DNA of 63,547 bases, filler included, from Olpidium bornovanus S191 (Eukaryota > Fungi > Olpidiomycota): the NCBI GenBank assembly GCA_017911155.1. It is 29 parts of 29 records of this genome, joined end to end, with 100 filler letters (N's around TTAATTAATTAA, not from the genome) between each part and the next. Parts side by side here need not be neighbours in the genome. Positions count along the whole stretch, not along the records: positions 30,864 to 32,689 come from JAEFCI010005638.1; positions 32,790 to 33,972 come from JAEFCI010005274.1; positions 34,073 to 35,457 come from JAEFCI010000596.1; positions 35,558 to 36,897 come from JAEFCI010005174.1; positions 36,998 to 38,158 come from JAEFCI010006638.1; positions 38,259 to 40,472 come from JAEFCI010008959.1; positions 40,573 to 41,635 come from JAEFCI010004113.1; positions 41,736 to 45,435 come from JAEFCI010012670.1; 21 more parts are not named here. One strand, 5' to 3'. Below are positions 30,864 to 43,992 of the stretch, in pieces; positions within the stretch are counted from its first letter, which is position 1; each line of letters begins with the position of its first letter. Position numbers and translations under genes: made by a program. The notes beneath the pieces were generated by a model that had not been told where the DNA came from, ran no database searches, and worked only from the letters and a program-made list of their open reading frames with translations.

Positions 30864-32336
30864 CATGTACTGGTTGATCATCTTGTTGCCGGTTGTGGGG
30901 TCCATATCCCTGATGACCTCTGTCGTTTCGGTGACCTCCACCGCGATCGGCGACGGGGTCGGCGATCCCACCGTGAACGACGCGATCGCCGGCTGGGCCG
31001 ATTTCGTTGACACCGGGGAGTCGCTGGCCGCGGGTATCACGAGGCGCAGGTTCGGCGAGGAGACGGCTGCCGAGCGGAGGCTCACGTCCCTGCCGCATCT
31101 TGACGCGATGTGGTTGGCAGAAAGGGAAGCGAACGCGGGCGAGAAGGGGTGGCCTCGTATATTCCTGGTCCCGACCGTGCGCCGTCGGGACGCGTTGGCC
31201 ACCTCCGGCGAATTTTGAGCGGCGGGAGATACTCTTTGGGTCGAGGGGGAGCTGCCTCGGTAATGCTTGGTCGGGGCTCCGGGCGGTGATTTCGTCGGCG
31301 TAAGCATCGCCATGGACGAAAGCTTTATACGCATGCTGCCGAGGAAGTGGGTGTGTGGGCCGCGGGGGGTCACCAGCGTTAACTTCCAGGGGGACCAAAT
31401 GCCCGCGGTCCAAGTACCTGTGAGAAATTCGCTCCCCTCCCCGCAGCCGTACCCCAAGTTCGCCAGAAAGCCCCGCTTGTTCTGCTGGTTCGTCTCTGCC
31501 GTCGCCGGGCGTCCGTCGCCTTCGCCCGCCGGGCCATTATCCCTGTCTGCCTTTCCTCTGTCCTTCCGCTTTTTCATCCTGTTCCTTCCCCTGTCCCTGG
31601 GCGCGGGTGCCGACAGCGGCCTTCGGGCCGCCGCCAGCATGGAGGGCGAAGCCTCCTCGTGCCGGTGGTGGGCTGCGGTGGAGGCCTCGACCGCCGAACG
31701 TGCCTGGGTCGCAGGGGTGTCCGGGACGGCGGGCGAGGGGAAGCAATGCTGGCCGGCTGGCGTCGTCGTCGTCGTGTCCACGTGAAGGTGCGGCGGCGGG
31801 CCCTCTCGCGGAACGGGGCGCGGTTGTGGCGGTGGCGGGGGTGGCAGTGGCTTCGGCGCGGGTGGCGGCGGCGGCGGGGAGCTTCCGGCGCTCCGCGCGT
31901 CGCCGCTCCCGCGCGGCGGCTCTCGCGCAGGCGGCGGCGTCTGCGGCTGAGGCGGCGGCGGCGGCAGCCCTGCAGCGGCATCGGGGGCATCATCAACCCG
32001 GTCGGACCGATGCTGCGGGTGCAGCGGCTGCGTCGGCGCTCCTTCGCCTGGAGATCGCCGGCCGAACCGACTCCCCCAGAACGACGTCCTCCTCTCCCGC
32101 GGATGCAGCGGCGACCGGGCGGGCAAACAGCCCAGCGGCTTCCCGCCCACCAGAACGCCGTCGGCGATCGGGTCCGCCCCGGCGATCGCCACCGGCGGCT
32201 GCAAAGAGGACCACTCGGAAGCCTGCGCCAACGAAGTCGGCTGCGCCGGACCGTCCGCATTGTTCTCTTGCTGCTGCCGCTCGTGCTCATCCTGCTTCCG
32301 CTCGTGCTCAACAGCAGCGGGCACGTCTGCCGTCAT
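30864..32336 (-). CDS. CAMKK-like (Sak1/Tos3/Ssp1) protein kinase, N-terminal region
   Basis: Long Pro-rich N-terminus ending in ETTEVIRDMDPTTGNKMINQYM, the typical pre-kinase segment of this family; the catalytic domain is cut off. Confidence 0.65.
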
Positions 32337-33534
32337 AGGGCGCCGATGGGAAGGGGGAAATTGCGGGGTCCCAACTCTCTCAACTGAAATTTGGCCTCCA
32401 AAAAAAAAAAAAAAAAAAAAAAATGCTGGGGCGGGGTGGTTGCTTGCTTCGCAGGCAACAGGCAGGCCGAAGGACGACAAGGAGACACCACGCGGTGCGC
32501 GGATTCCAAAAAACGACAAATCCTTTCCTTCTGGCGCCGTCGAATTGTCCCGTCGTTGTGCGTGCTCACATGTACTTCAGCGACCAGGCGCTTCTCGGCT
32601 GGCGTCCGTCATCTGAATACGTCGTGCGGAATTTGCAATGCGGTTCGAAGAATAGTCGCCAAATTCCCCGGCCTTTCTCGTTGTTGAGGNNNNNNNNNNN
32701 NNNNNNNNNNNNNNNNNNNNNNNNNNNNNNNNNTTAATTAATTAANNNNNNNNNNNNNNNNNNNNNNNNNNNNNNNNNNNNNNNNNNNNCCCCCCCCCCC
32801 CCCCCCCTCCCTCCACCGCACCCCCCCCCTCTTAGCCCTCTCCGAAAAAGGGCAGCGTCCTTCCTTTTCGTCCTTCTCTGCCCACGTCCTCGCCCCTCTT
32901 CCTCCCTCTTCCTCCCCTCTTCCGGCCACTTCCCCTTCCAGATGCAGCGACGGAAACGCGTCCTCGTCATTAATAACCCACGCTGTCAGTTTGACTGCTC
33001 ACCGCCAAACTGTTAGGGCCCCAGGGCATGGGGCCCATTTTTGCATAACCCTTCCCTTGCCCCCATGCTTCTTTCTCCACTCCATTGTGCCCGCCCTCTT
33101 CCCTCCCCATCGCTTCCCCTGGAACATGATGCCCCGCGCGCGCGCAGCCGCCGCCACCCCCACCGGAACGGACTGGGATACCTCTTCTCTTTTCGGCTCC
33201 GCCACACTGGCTCGCTATAGGTCTGAGGGGTAGCGCGCCGCCGCAGTGTGTGTGTGTGTGTGTGTGCGGGCGCGCGTGTGTGGGCGGGTGGCCCCGGCCC
33301 ACTTTAAGCGCCAAAGGGGCCTTGGCGGGGGACCGCGGGAGTGGGAAGAAGGAGTTCCCCCGTCGTATAAATAGGACGCGAGGCGCCCGAGGGGCGCAAG
33401 CGGCCGATAAAGGGGGAAAAAAGGGGGGAAGCGGGCCTTTCCCTTTGTTCTGACGCTGCTGCTGCGTGGACAGGAAGGACTTCAGCGAGGACGACTTTTC
33501 CCTTGGCCCGTTGTTATCTGGCGGTTTCTTTTTC

Positions 33535-33570
<36 letters not shown>

Positions 33571-33779
33571 TTTTTTTTTCCCCCCCCCCCCCCCCCCCCC
33601 CCCCCCGCGGGGGGCCCCCCCCCCCCCCCCCCTTTCGGGCCCCCCCCCCCCCCCCCCCCCCCCCCGTCAGCCCCGCGCCGGGAATAAACAACAAAAAAAA
33701 AAAAAAAAGAAAAAACTTTTTTTTTCTACTTCCTCCTCCTCCTGCGGCAGGCGCACCCGCACGCACACGCCAAAACCAA

Positions 33780-33872
<93 letters not shown>

Positions 33873-34189
33873 CCCCCCCCCCCCCCGCCCCCCGGGGCGG
33901 CCGGCTTTATAGCCGCAACACCAGCCGCAAGCACCGGCAGGAACAAGCGGGAGGATTGCGACTCGGGTCGACNNNNNNNNNNNNNNNNNNNNNNNNNNNN
34001 NNNNNNNNNNNNNNNNTTAATTAATTAANNNNNNNNNNNNNNNNNNNNNNNNNNNNNNNNNNNNNNNNNNNNAGTACAGCGTATAACATTGTGGGGTTCC
34101 AACTAACCGCCCGGGATTCAAACGAGAGAAAGAAATAAAGCTATATAATACATGTTTGGCGACGCATTACGCGTGCACACAACGCTCAA

Positions 34190-35457
34190 CAGACCGACCT
34201 TGATCGCACGGTTGAGAACCGCCTCCCCCTCGTTGATATGGTCTTGCACGAACCAGGCAAACGCCAGGCGCACCCTCGCTTTCGACGCGCTGATCATATC
34301 GGACCCCCCGCATCGGCATGTCATCGATGAACGGCAGAGTCACTTGTGAAATGAATGCCCAAAAAATCTTGCTGAGCCCGGCTTGGACGTGGCCCACGGA
34401 ATTCGTAGCTCCCATCTTGATAACGTTCAAGCGCAGCAGACCCAAAGGCGTCTGCATCGCCGTGAGCTCCGGAAGGTGATCTCGAGCTGAAACTGATCGT
34501 CCCCCGAATATAAGTCTGCCATCGATTAAATCGCGTGGCCGGCAAAGAGTTTGACGTAGTCATCTAATATTGGCACCACCCCCCACCCCCAAGTTCCGGA
34601 TTGTGACCGCGTTGGCGGGTCGAAGGTCCTGGATAAACCGCAGCGACCTGTCTATCTTGGGCCCAGTGAACCAACGGTTCGTGTACGGTCCTTGAGCAGG
34701 TTCCAGAACTTTACGTCAAAGTCGCGCCCGTAAAAGCTCCAGTAGCTTGTCGTAGTGAGCCCGCGGTATAGGCAGTGGCTTCAGCTTCCACCGCGTGTGC
34801 GGCGCCGTGAACACCACCATCGGCGCCACCACCCGTGGGTCGACGCTACCGATTTTGTCGTCTTCGAAGGCAAATGCCCGACCCAATGGTGCCAACAACT
34901 TTTAAAAGCACGTGCACTCTGCCGGCATCAGAAGCCCGTCTCCGTCGATCTTCTGTTCCGCCAAGGTAGCAGGTGTGAATCAGTGCCCAATCTGATTCAT
35001 CGGGCGAAGCCTCGGCTCCCCCCGCGCTCTGTCGATCCGTGCATGCGCATCCTCCGGCAACTCTTCGGCGAGCGGCGTGACCTTTTTTCCCACCGATTTA
35101 TACGCCCCATAGACCCGTGCCCGGGTTCGCCCAACGATGCCTGCCGGCTCGTGCCAAGCCAAGCCTAGCTCCCCCCGGTCATCATTTTCCCGCGCCCGAA
35201 TTGCGAAGACTTGCCCAAACGGCGCCTCCCTAAGCGTCGACCACGCTCGCTCCTCTGAGGATACAGAGTGTTTCGCGGCGTCCGGCTCCCTCACGCCGAC
35301 AGCCGCAGCCAAAAATCCTCTCGAGCGTCATCGTTGTCGACACCGACCGCCGCTCCGCGGCTGGCGTCGATCTCCGCGCGACGGGCGCTTCGCGCATCAC
35401 GGCTTCCCACAGCGACCCAACAACGCACCTTTTTCCCGTCCGCGCTCGAAATCCATG
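34190..35457 (-). pseudogene. Degenerate Ty3/Gypsy pol (RT) fragment
   Basis: YKSVGKKVTP..AFAFEDDKIG..PMVVFTAPHTRW..LPIPRAHYDKLLELL..GPYTNRWF..LRFIQDLRPANAVT..DLYSGYDQ..TPLGLLRL..MGATNSVGHVQ..PFIDDMP; frameshifts and stops present. Confidence 0.85.
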
Positions 35458-35834
35458 NNNNNNNNNNNNNNNNNNNNNNNNNNNNNNNNNNNNNNNNNNN
35501 NTTAATTAATTAANNNNNNNNNNNNNNNNNNNNNNNNNNNNNNNNNNNNNNNNNNNNCATGGCGCGTTCTCTTGCCTGTACACCTACTTCTCTGGTTGGT
35601 ATCGAGAATCAAACTGTGTGGCCAAAAGACTTGCGTTCGCCATTTAAGCACCGCATCGCTGAATGCTGCAAATGCGCCCGCCGTCGCGTAGACCGCCTCC
35701 CTGCTCCTGGAGATCAGACGTGTAGGTATACAAAACAAATTAAACCATAAAATAATCAAGACAAAATACAACTAAAGAAATATATAAACATTACGGATAT
35801 GTGGTGCACATATGAGCCTTCTACCACTGCAATT

Positions 35835-35907
35835 TCCCGGCTAGCTCAATCGGCAGAGCGTGAGACTCTTAATCTCAAGGTTGCGGGTTCGACCCCCGCG
35901 TTGGGCT
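35835..35907 (+). tRNA. tRNA-Lys(CTT), intronless
   Basis: Cloverleaf: D-arm GCTC/GAGC, anticodon arm TGAGA-CTCTTAA-TCTCA (CTT at 35868-35870), T-arm GCGGG-TTCGACC-CCCGC; T8 Pol III terminator at 35923-35930. Position 1 is T instead of G. Confidence 0.93.
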
Positions 35908-37080
35908 TAAAATACTACCCAATTTTTTTTATATTTACCAAGTTTTGATTGACTGTCCTAGCATTTTACACTACTCATTTCATCCGCCTGGAAAAGACGG
36001 CGGGTTTCGTTTTGTTGATAAGTCGCGGCGGCTCGGGTTAGCGCCGACATGAAGCCGTCGTCCGCCTTTTCGGCAGGAGGGACAATTGAAACGAGTCCAG
36101 ACGCTGTGCGCACAACCCAGGCCGTCTGCCCCAACACCCCCCCGTGAGTGCATCGGTTGAAAGCAGATGAGAGAGACCGAGAAACAAAAAAAAAAAACGT
36201 CCGTACTGCTCTGTCATTGGCAAAACCGGGGGCGCACTCCGCAGGCGGGCCAGCCGGCCTTAGCGAATTTTTTTTTTTTTCTTTTTTTTCCCCCTTCCCA
36301 TTTCTCGGAGGAAGTCTTCGGCAGTTATTTTGGTGATTGACGTGAAATGGGTTTCGAGATGGCGGCGTAGGGTGACCCGTGCGTTTCTAGCCCAAGGGCA
36401 AGGGCCGGTGCACGGTTTTGGTCAGAAGTGTGGCTTGACACAGGAACGCCTGAAATTTCTGCACTGTGCCTCGGGGGGAGATGAGTGGGGGGGATGGATG
36501 GGGAACAAATTCTGGAATATGTTGAAGTGGCCCGACCCCCGCCCGGCCGGGAGGGCACCGCCCCCGTCCGAGCGGGCGAAAGGACGCTTTTGGGGTCAAA
36601 AAAGCAAGGAAAAAAAGAAAAAAAAAAATCCCGGGGAAGACTGAAAACCCGGAATGCCCGAAAACGCCTCCCGATCATACCCTTTTTTGGCCAGCTGGCG
36701 AGTGACAGCAGGCCCCAGACACGGCTGAGTTTGACCCACGGGGGGTGGGACCCAGCCCCATCCCCTCTCGCCTCTCCTCGACCTCGTTTTTTTTTTCCAG
36801 CAAAAGCTCCCGCCCGAATCGGCTTTTTTTTTTTCTGCCCATCCTGATACCGCCGGTAAAAAAACCCTGTCGAAGCTTAAAGAAACATCTCTCTTTCNNN
36901 NNNNNNNNNNNNNNNNNNNNNNNNNNNNNNNNNNNNNNNNNTTAATTAATTAANNNNNNNNNNNNNNNNNNNNNNNNNNNNNNNNNNNNNNNNNNNNAAA
37001 GAGGAGGACACGGAACTACGACGTCCCTGATCCTATTACAATAGAGGTACGTAGGCAACGTAGGATTCCCGATCGGCGGG

Positions 37081-37117
<37 letters not shown>

Positions 37118-37159
37118 CGGGGGGGGGGGGGGGGGGGGGGTGGTGTCTCTCCCACTCAC

Positions 37160-37271
37160 AATCCTTCAGCTTCGCCTCCATCTCCCGGTGCTCCATGAGC
37201 TTTTTCCTGTAGTCAGCCAGCGCGGCCGACCGCCTGTCATTCTCCGCGGGCTGCCCGCTTGCGGACGCCAT
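37160..37271 (-). CDS. RPT4: 26S proteasome AAA-ATPase Rpt4, first exon
   Basis: MASASGQPAENDRRSAALADYRKKLMEHREMEAKLKD then GTGAGT donor; matches the PSMC6/Rpt4 N-terminus (ALxDYRKKLxEHxE). Confidence 0.85.
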
Positions 37272-37483
37272 TACACGGCGGCCTTTTTTCCTTCGCTCGT
37301 TCTTGTTGTTTTTCTTCACCCGGGCGGCGGTGGGGAAGGTGGGGAAGCAGTGCGTCGGGTAAGGAGGGGAAGAGTGGGGGCGTCAAGACCAGGAGGACGG
37401 CGACGAGGACGACGCGAGGAGCGAGGGGAGAAAAGTGCCCGCGCGCCGCCTTTTTCCCCGCGCGCCTGCGCCCGGAGGTGCCT

Positions 37484-37528
<45 letters not shown>

Positions 37529-38258
37529 AAAGAAAAAGAAATGGCGGGGTGCAAGATTGGTCGGTGGATCTTCGCGTCGGTGGGAGGAGGGTGAGGAGGA
37601 GGGAGGAGGAGGGGAGGGTTGACAGGGCGAGGGCGCCCAAGAAGGCAAGAGCACGTGACCCGAGGGAGAAAATCGGTTCACCAGTCCGGAAGAGACAGGC
37701 ACCGGTGCCTTCAAAAAGCGTTCGTTCGCGGTTATCCGACGAGTGCACGTACGTCCAGCGGTGCCGGAAGTTGCTTTGGAGCATCGCTCCATATGCGAAA
37801 AGAAGGTAATGGACAAGACGGCCGCCCCAAGTAGTCCGGGGAGTTTTGGAAACGGAATCAAGCGCTGTAATTCGCGGGGCGGTGCGGGGCTGAATGGGGC
37901 GCTGCCGGGCAGCGCGGCGCGGACATTTTCTGGCGCCCGGAACATGAACCTCATAAAGTCTACTCCATGATCTGATCGTACCGCAGGCGCCACCGGGTCT
38001 CTTCACGACGGCACACGGCTGAGTTCGCGACAACGGGTCAGGTTGGTAAGCGCCGCGAAGAACACGGAATCAGCTCAACCAGAGCTCTCGTATCGGCCGG
38101 TTCCCCCCGCCCCAAAACAAAACGCCGTGCAAACCGGCGGGGCGGCAGTCGACTGCGCNNNNNNNNNNNNNNNNNNNNNNNNNNNNNNNNNNNNNNNNNN
38201 NNTTAATTAATTAANNNNNNNNNNNNNNNNNNNNNNNNNNNNNNNNNNNNNNNNNNNN

Positions 38259-40220
38259 CGGCGCCTCATCAGTATAAAACGTTTTCCCGGAACTACGCAG
38301 AGGAAAAACGGTAAGTGCAATCTCACCGTCCGTGCCGCCAAACGTTCTCCGGTGTAAGCCAGACTGAATGTTGAACATGTCTATCAACCCGTTGACCGAA
38401 CCCATGAAGGCGAAGTTGCCACAAGCGGAGATGGCGGTGGTCCGCGGGATGGTGTTGTCTGTCATCTTCAGCGTATGCTTTCCAAGGGTTTTGCGCTGTA
38501 AAGACCAGGTCCGGCCGACGCCGGCCCCAGCATGGACTGTAATAATGTTATCCCAGTCCTTCTGCTTGGCCGGGTCTGGCGAGAACATAATCAGCACACA
38601 TCTGATTGCTAAGACAGCCAGACGAAGGCGGTCTAGACAGGCGGGGGAAGAGCCAAAAAAAACAGTCGTAAAATCCCGAGGAACGTACTCGCTGAGAAGT
38701 GAGTGATATGCGGCAATTTGAGCTCGTCCACCTTGACGTTATAAGACTTGGCCTTCTTGGCCAGCGATCCTTGGGATATCTCAAAACTCTGCTGGTCGCG
38801 GACGACGGAGAATGACCTCAGCGAGCGGTCCCGTGCGGCGCTTAGGATCGTGGTGCCGTCTTCTCCGTAGAATCTGACGAGGGTTGGCGGAGCGTGGTGC
38901 CCCCCGCGCATCTTGAGGAGGCGGGCGCCCCCGTCCTGGGAGTCGAATATCCACTCCTTGACAGCGTTGTCAGCTCCCGAGGTGATCAGCAGAGGCTGAC
39001 CCTGCACGAAATGCAGAGATGGGATGAGCGCGTCGTGTGCCCCCTTAATCATGTGGCGCAATTGACGCTTCTCCAAGTCCCACAGTGCCACATCTCCCTG
39101 CGCGTTCGCCGTCGCCATGACATGCTGATCGTCCGTGCGAAACGACACCGCTGTCACCCGGCCCTCCTGGTGCAATGTCATTATCGTCTCGTCCACTTTA
39201 ATATTGTGTAAGACAATCGAGCCGTCCAGAAGCCCTACGGCAATCACATCAACCACGGGGGACTGTACGAGACTCGTCACCGCCGTCGGAAACCGGGAAA
39301 AGTCGTAGACAATCTTGCTGCAACGGTTAACGTGCACGTGAGAATTGCAAGGATCAAGCAAAGCGGCACGAATTCCGTTTCCTCTTTTGAAGACCCGGCA
39401 TGACCGCCAATACACGGCGTTGTCATCCCTTACTTTGTCCGGATGTTCCAGAGCTGCATGCCTCCCTCCCGGCTAGAAACTAGCACTTTGTTCAGGTACG
39501 TGCTCGGGTGCACGATAGTGTTGGCGGTGAAGTAGTCGGGAAACTCGACCTCGGCGTACAACTCTCCGTTGGCGCTATGCCACAGCCTCATGGCGTTGTC
39601 CTCGGTGAGCGTGATGAGATGCTCACCAAACAGAGTTAACGAAAAAACAACTGAACCTGCGTTGAAGCGCATAATCTTGGAGCCGCAGAACAGCATGGCA
39701 AGAGACCGAGCGTTAGTTTAAATAAAAGCGTCCCACGTTTCCTTCGCCCGTGTTCGGTTGCCGCCTCACCTCCTTTGCTCTTCTGCAGCACACAATTTCC
39801 GTTCCGCTGGCAAAGTACGTGAGCTCGCCAGAGGTGACAAGCGCCGTTATCGGCGACTCCGAAAAGGGACCCACAAGGACGAGGCCCAGCTTCCCCGTCT
39901 CGTAGATGTGAAACGCGTTGCCAACGCTCGTTGCCAGAAAGTGTTCGCTTCCCATAGCCTGCACCGCAAAGGGTACCTCGTTCGTAACGTGGCCGAGGGC
40001 CCTGAAGGGCGTAAATATGCCCTTGTGTTCCGTGGCACCGTTACTGGTTGAGACTGCACACCGGTTCTGGGAGCCGTTCGGTGGGGCGGGCCGCTCCTGA
40101 CCACCGCCGTCCCCCCTACCGTCAGCCTCCTTCCCGTCCGCTCGCGGCTCGTTCTCCGCCTCGGACAATTCCTCCTGTCCCGCGCTCCTCTCGCCCTCCT
40201 TGCACTCCGCAGCCATTGTG
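38259..40220 (-). CDS. UTP21: U3 snoRNP WD40 protein Utp21/WDR36, 5-prime part, spliced
   Basis: IFTPFRALGHVTNEVPF, TSVGNAFHIY, HPSTYLNKVLV, SPVVDVIAVGLLDG, LLITSGADNAVKEW, RGGHHAPP, WDNIITVH, ISACGNFAFMGS. Confidence 0.93.
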
Positions 40221-40318
40221 TTTTCCGGTTCGCCGGGCACTCCGCGGGCCGGCCCGTGTTTGCTAGCCTGTGCGGGCCGCGGCGTGAACGTTTTTCCCGT
40301 CCGGTTTTTTGGGGGGGG

Positions 40319-40349
<31 letters not shown>

Positions 40350-40414
40350 CTTGTGGGCGTTTTCTGTCTCCGGCCCCGGCGTGGGAGTGTGGCGTCCGGC
40401 CAGAGAGCCCGGCT

Positions 40415-40472
<58 letters not shown>

Positions 40473-40572
40473 NNNNNNNNNNNNNNNNNNNNNNNNNNNN
40501 NNNNNNNNNNNNNNNNTTAATTAATTAANNNNNNNNNNNNNNNNNNNNNNNNNNNNNNNNNNNNNNNNNNNN

Positions 40573-41187
40573 GGAGGGGGAATCCCTGCTGATGGCGCTG
40601 AAGGACGTTGCCCTGTCCAGCGGGAGCGCGTGCACCAGCGCCAGCCTTGAGCCCAGCTATGTGCTGAGGGCGCTAGGTGCAGAGGAGGACATGGCCCACT
40701 CTTCGATCAGGTGGGCGGCAACGAACGGAGATTGGAAACAAGTGGAGTTCGGGGCCGGCTGCCCGGCCCCGTCCCCTCCGCTACCGCGGCAATGTTCAAC
40801 CGGCGTGGTGCGCGGTGGAAGTAAACGAAGTATTCACGTTTCCGCGGGCTTCTTTTGTGGTCCTCGTTTTCGCGTCTTTCTGGCGGCAGGTTCGGCATCG
40901 GGCGTTTCACGACCGAAGAAGAAATTGATTTTGTCGCGGAAAGGTTTGCGTGATTCTTGTCAAAAAAATAATCCAATTGTCGTTTTCGCCCCTTTGACCG
41001 CGCGCGACGGGGCGTTCCTGTTCGGGAATAGTGCGGGGGCACTCGCGCTCACGCGGTTCCGTCCTCCCCGCGGTTTTTGTCAACCAGGGTGATCAAGCAC
41101 GTGAGGCGGTTGCGTGACCTCAGCCCGCTGTGGGAGATGGTCCAAGAAGGCATTGACCTCAAAACTATCCAGTGGACACAGCACTAA
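40573..41187 (+). CDS. NFS1: Mitochondrial cysteine desulfurase, 3-prime part, spliced
   Basis: [40 protein letters not shown] / [13 protein letters not shown] / [28 protein letters not shown]. Confidence 0.96.
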
Positions 41188-41735
41188 AAACGATCAGCAA
41201 AACGAAAAAAAGAGAAACACAAAATGCAGTACGCGCACAGCGGGAAATGTGGGGGAAAGGGGGGCTGCATTTTAATAAATTTTTCCCCCCCCCCCCCCCC
41301 CCTCCCCCCCCCCCCCCCCAACCCCCCCCTCCCACGCCATTGTTTTTCTTTCATTTTTTTTCTTGTTTCTTTAGCCTTCTCTGCCTTGTCGCCGTTCCTT
41401 TTCTTTTGTGATCTTTTGTTGCAATCCAACCGTGGCGAGGCTGCTTTCTTTCGACTTTTCCTCGCCCCCCGTTGAGAGGTATACGCCTGTCTGGGGAGAG
41501 ACCTCCGTTCAATTCATGCGAACAAAACTCGGCGGAAAAAGGAAGTGTGTAAGAACCAAAGCGGTTTCTTCACCGGCCGTACATATATATACATATACAC
41601 ATATGTATACCTTGCCCTCTTCGCGCGACGAAAAANNNNNNNNNNNNNNNNNNNNNNNNNNNNNNNNNNNNNNNNNNNNTTAATTAATTAANNNNNNNNN
41701 NNNNNNNNNNNNNNNNNNNNNNNNNNNNNNNNNNN

Positions 41736-43464
41736 CATGATACTCAGAGAAATCGTCATCTCGGCAAACCTTGACCCCGATACTATGTTTCTCCCGTCTT
41801 CGCCAACAAACTGGACACATTTGACGTTCCCCGAGTGTCCAGACATCGTATGCCGTACCGAATTTGGTATAATAAGGGACTCGTAGTCTTGCAACAACCT
41901 GTGCGTACGTACACGTTAAAAGTTTTGATAAATTTTTCCCCGCATTTTACAATGCTGTCGTTACCGGGAATCGGCAACTTACGTGGTGACTACAGGTGCC
42001 ACCGTCGGGTGGTACCTCGAGAACTCGATCTGATACGCTACCGCCTGCCTGAGTAGAGTTAGGAGTCGATTAGGGGCGGCGTAAATGGATCCTTTGAGGA
42101 TTTTTAGAGTGGAAAGGAAAATGGCATGTAAATGACGTCACGCCGTCCTTCCAAAGCTGCTGACGCAATCGCCGCTCTTCTACTGTTCACATATCTTCCA
42201 ACAACGTGAGCAGACGACTTACCTTCGTGTCCCACGTTCTCGAAGTCGAGCATGCTCTGGAGATGTTCTGCCAGCTTTTCCCTGAGCGAACCCAATGGGC
42301 GACGTGAGCTTACGGTGGAAAATCTCACAGTTCTGGCAAGAGCAGTCGCACGGATGCACGGGTGGGAAATAACCGGATTGGACCAACCGTTCAGGGCCGA
42401 TGCCTTCCCAATTCTTAAACGACGGAGCTTCCTGCACCGATTTAGCCGTCAGCAAGAAGCAGAGATCCTTAAATTCATTTTGAACGGTCTGAAGCTGCTC
42501 CAGTGGTTTTAGCCGCTTGTTGAGAAGAGTAAAAGCCTGCAAAGGACAAGCACCGTCAATCGCCAAATTCTCTGACAAGTATAGTGGTCATCAATTCGGC
42601 CGCATTCCAGATTGGAAGCTGCCGCTTTCAAACCTTTTGGACTTCGCGGTGCTCGATATACTCAAGAAATTGCTGTTTGTACACAGCATAAAGAAAGCTT
42701 TTGTGGTTCTTCGCCAAAGGCTTGGCACTCAGTTTGTCCACCTCAGTCCAATCCCCATCTGAAATGCAGCCTGCTTCGTCAGAGAGGCCCGGCACCAACA
42801 ACGGACCGGCGTAGCAATAACATCAAAGCACCAACCGAGGATAGCCTTCTTCAGCCTCTTAGCCTCAGCTGTACGTTCTTCTCTCTCGTACAATTTCAAG
42901 TTCGCCTCGTCATGAACAGTCATCTTCGACGCGACGTAGCCTTCATCACCGAGGTACTGAATTATCATGCGGATGATGTCCTGCGCGCCCGTCGCGTTGC
43001 CCAGTTGCGGCTCAGTGACTGCCTCGCAAAGGCACGACGTACCCTCCATTCAAGGACAACAAACCTCCTTGATGCGTGGGTTTTGCGGGTCGAAGATGTC
43101 TTCCGAGGGCCGTATGCACCGGAAAGGAGCGCCGGCCATATGCACTTTAGTCGCGAGCGCGGCTGGACTGTACGGTGCCGCGGAAGGAGCGCAGCATGCG
43201 GGAAGGGCTTCAGCCTCGGCTGCGTGTAACATGGCCGTGCGAGTGGGACAGCGACGCAGCGGAGGGAAAGACCGCCACTTCGGCCGGCTGCTGAGTTCGG
43301 CCTGACCTGCTGGCCCTGGAGCGCGACGGGTCCGCGTCGGTGCCCGCCTCCGTTTCCGTTTCGAAGGCGAGGCCGCTCACAACCTCCGAAGTGCTCGACC
43401 TGTCAAGGTTGTCGAGCGAAACCTGGGTCTGCAGCACCGACCGAGCGGCGGTCGCGTCCCCCAT
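41736..43464 (-). CDS. LisH/CTLH plus WD40 protein, 5-prime part, spliced
   Basis: DIIRMIIQYLGDEGYVASKMTVHDEAN (LisH), LKKAIL.GDWSEV (CTLH), AFTLLNKRLKPLE, then SGHSGNVKCVQFVGEDGRNIVSGS (WD40). Confidence 0.75.
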
Positions 43465-43911
43465 ATTTCCGACGGCCGGGGCGCGCTGCGAGCTGCGGCA
43501 CTGCGAGAGCGGCGCGGCCGCGACAGCTCGGTCAGGGATCTCTCGTCGGAAGCGGCGAGTAACGCGGCCCCCGCACTCCTCCCCCCCCCGCCCCACTCCT
43601 CGCCCAGTGCAGCGTGAGCGGGACGGGCGCAGCTCACCGCTGCCGATTTAACGCTCGGGGTTCCGCCGGCGCCAAGGTACGCGGCGCAGGGAAGACGCGC
43701 GCGGCACTGGGAAACGAACGCAGGTTTCTTTTTCTTTTTTTTTTTTTTTTTTTTTTTTGCCTTCCGGGGCAGCAAATTATGCGCGTGCCTGTGGGGGGAA
43801 GGACAAACATGTGCGGAAGGCAAATGAGCACGTGACTCAACTTGCTGCCGGCCAAACTGGGGTTTTTTGCCCTTCTCCGTTTCCCTCCTGGGATTCGGTC
43901 CCACAGCTGCT

Positions 43912-43943
<32 letters not shown>

Positions 43944-43992
43944 TCCGTTTGCGACGAGGGACAGGCGGACAGGGACACTGCCGGACTCCGAC

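Noticed and set aside
33466-33540. MDRKDFSEDDFSLGPLLSGGFF as a kinase subdomain-I start
   Set aside because: Runs straight into unreliable homopolymers; too short to support a call.
34090-34181. Second short LTR interrupting the 34-kb pol copy
   Set aside because: Only TGTG/CACA termini match and there is no recognisable PBS.
36330-36380. IDVKWVSRWRRRV as a DUSP-domain-like motif
   Set aside because: Only a few residues resemble it and no continuing exons were identified.
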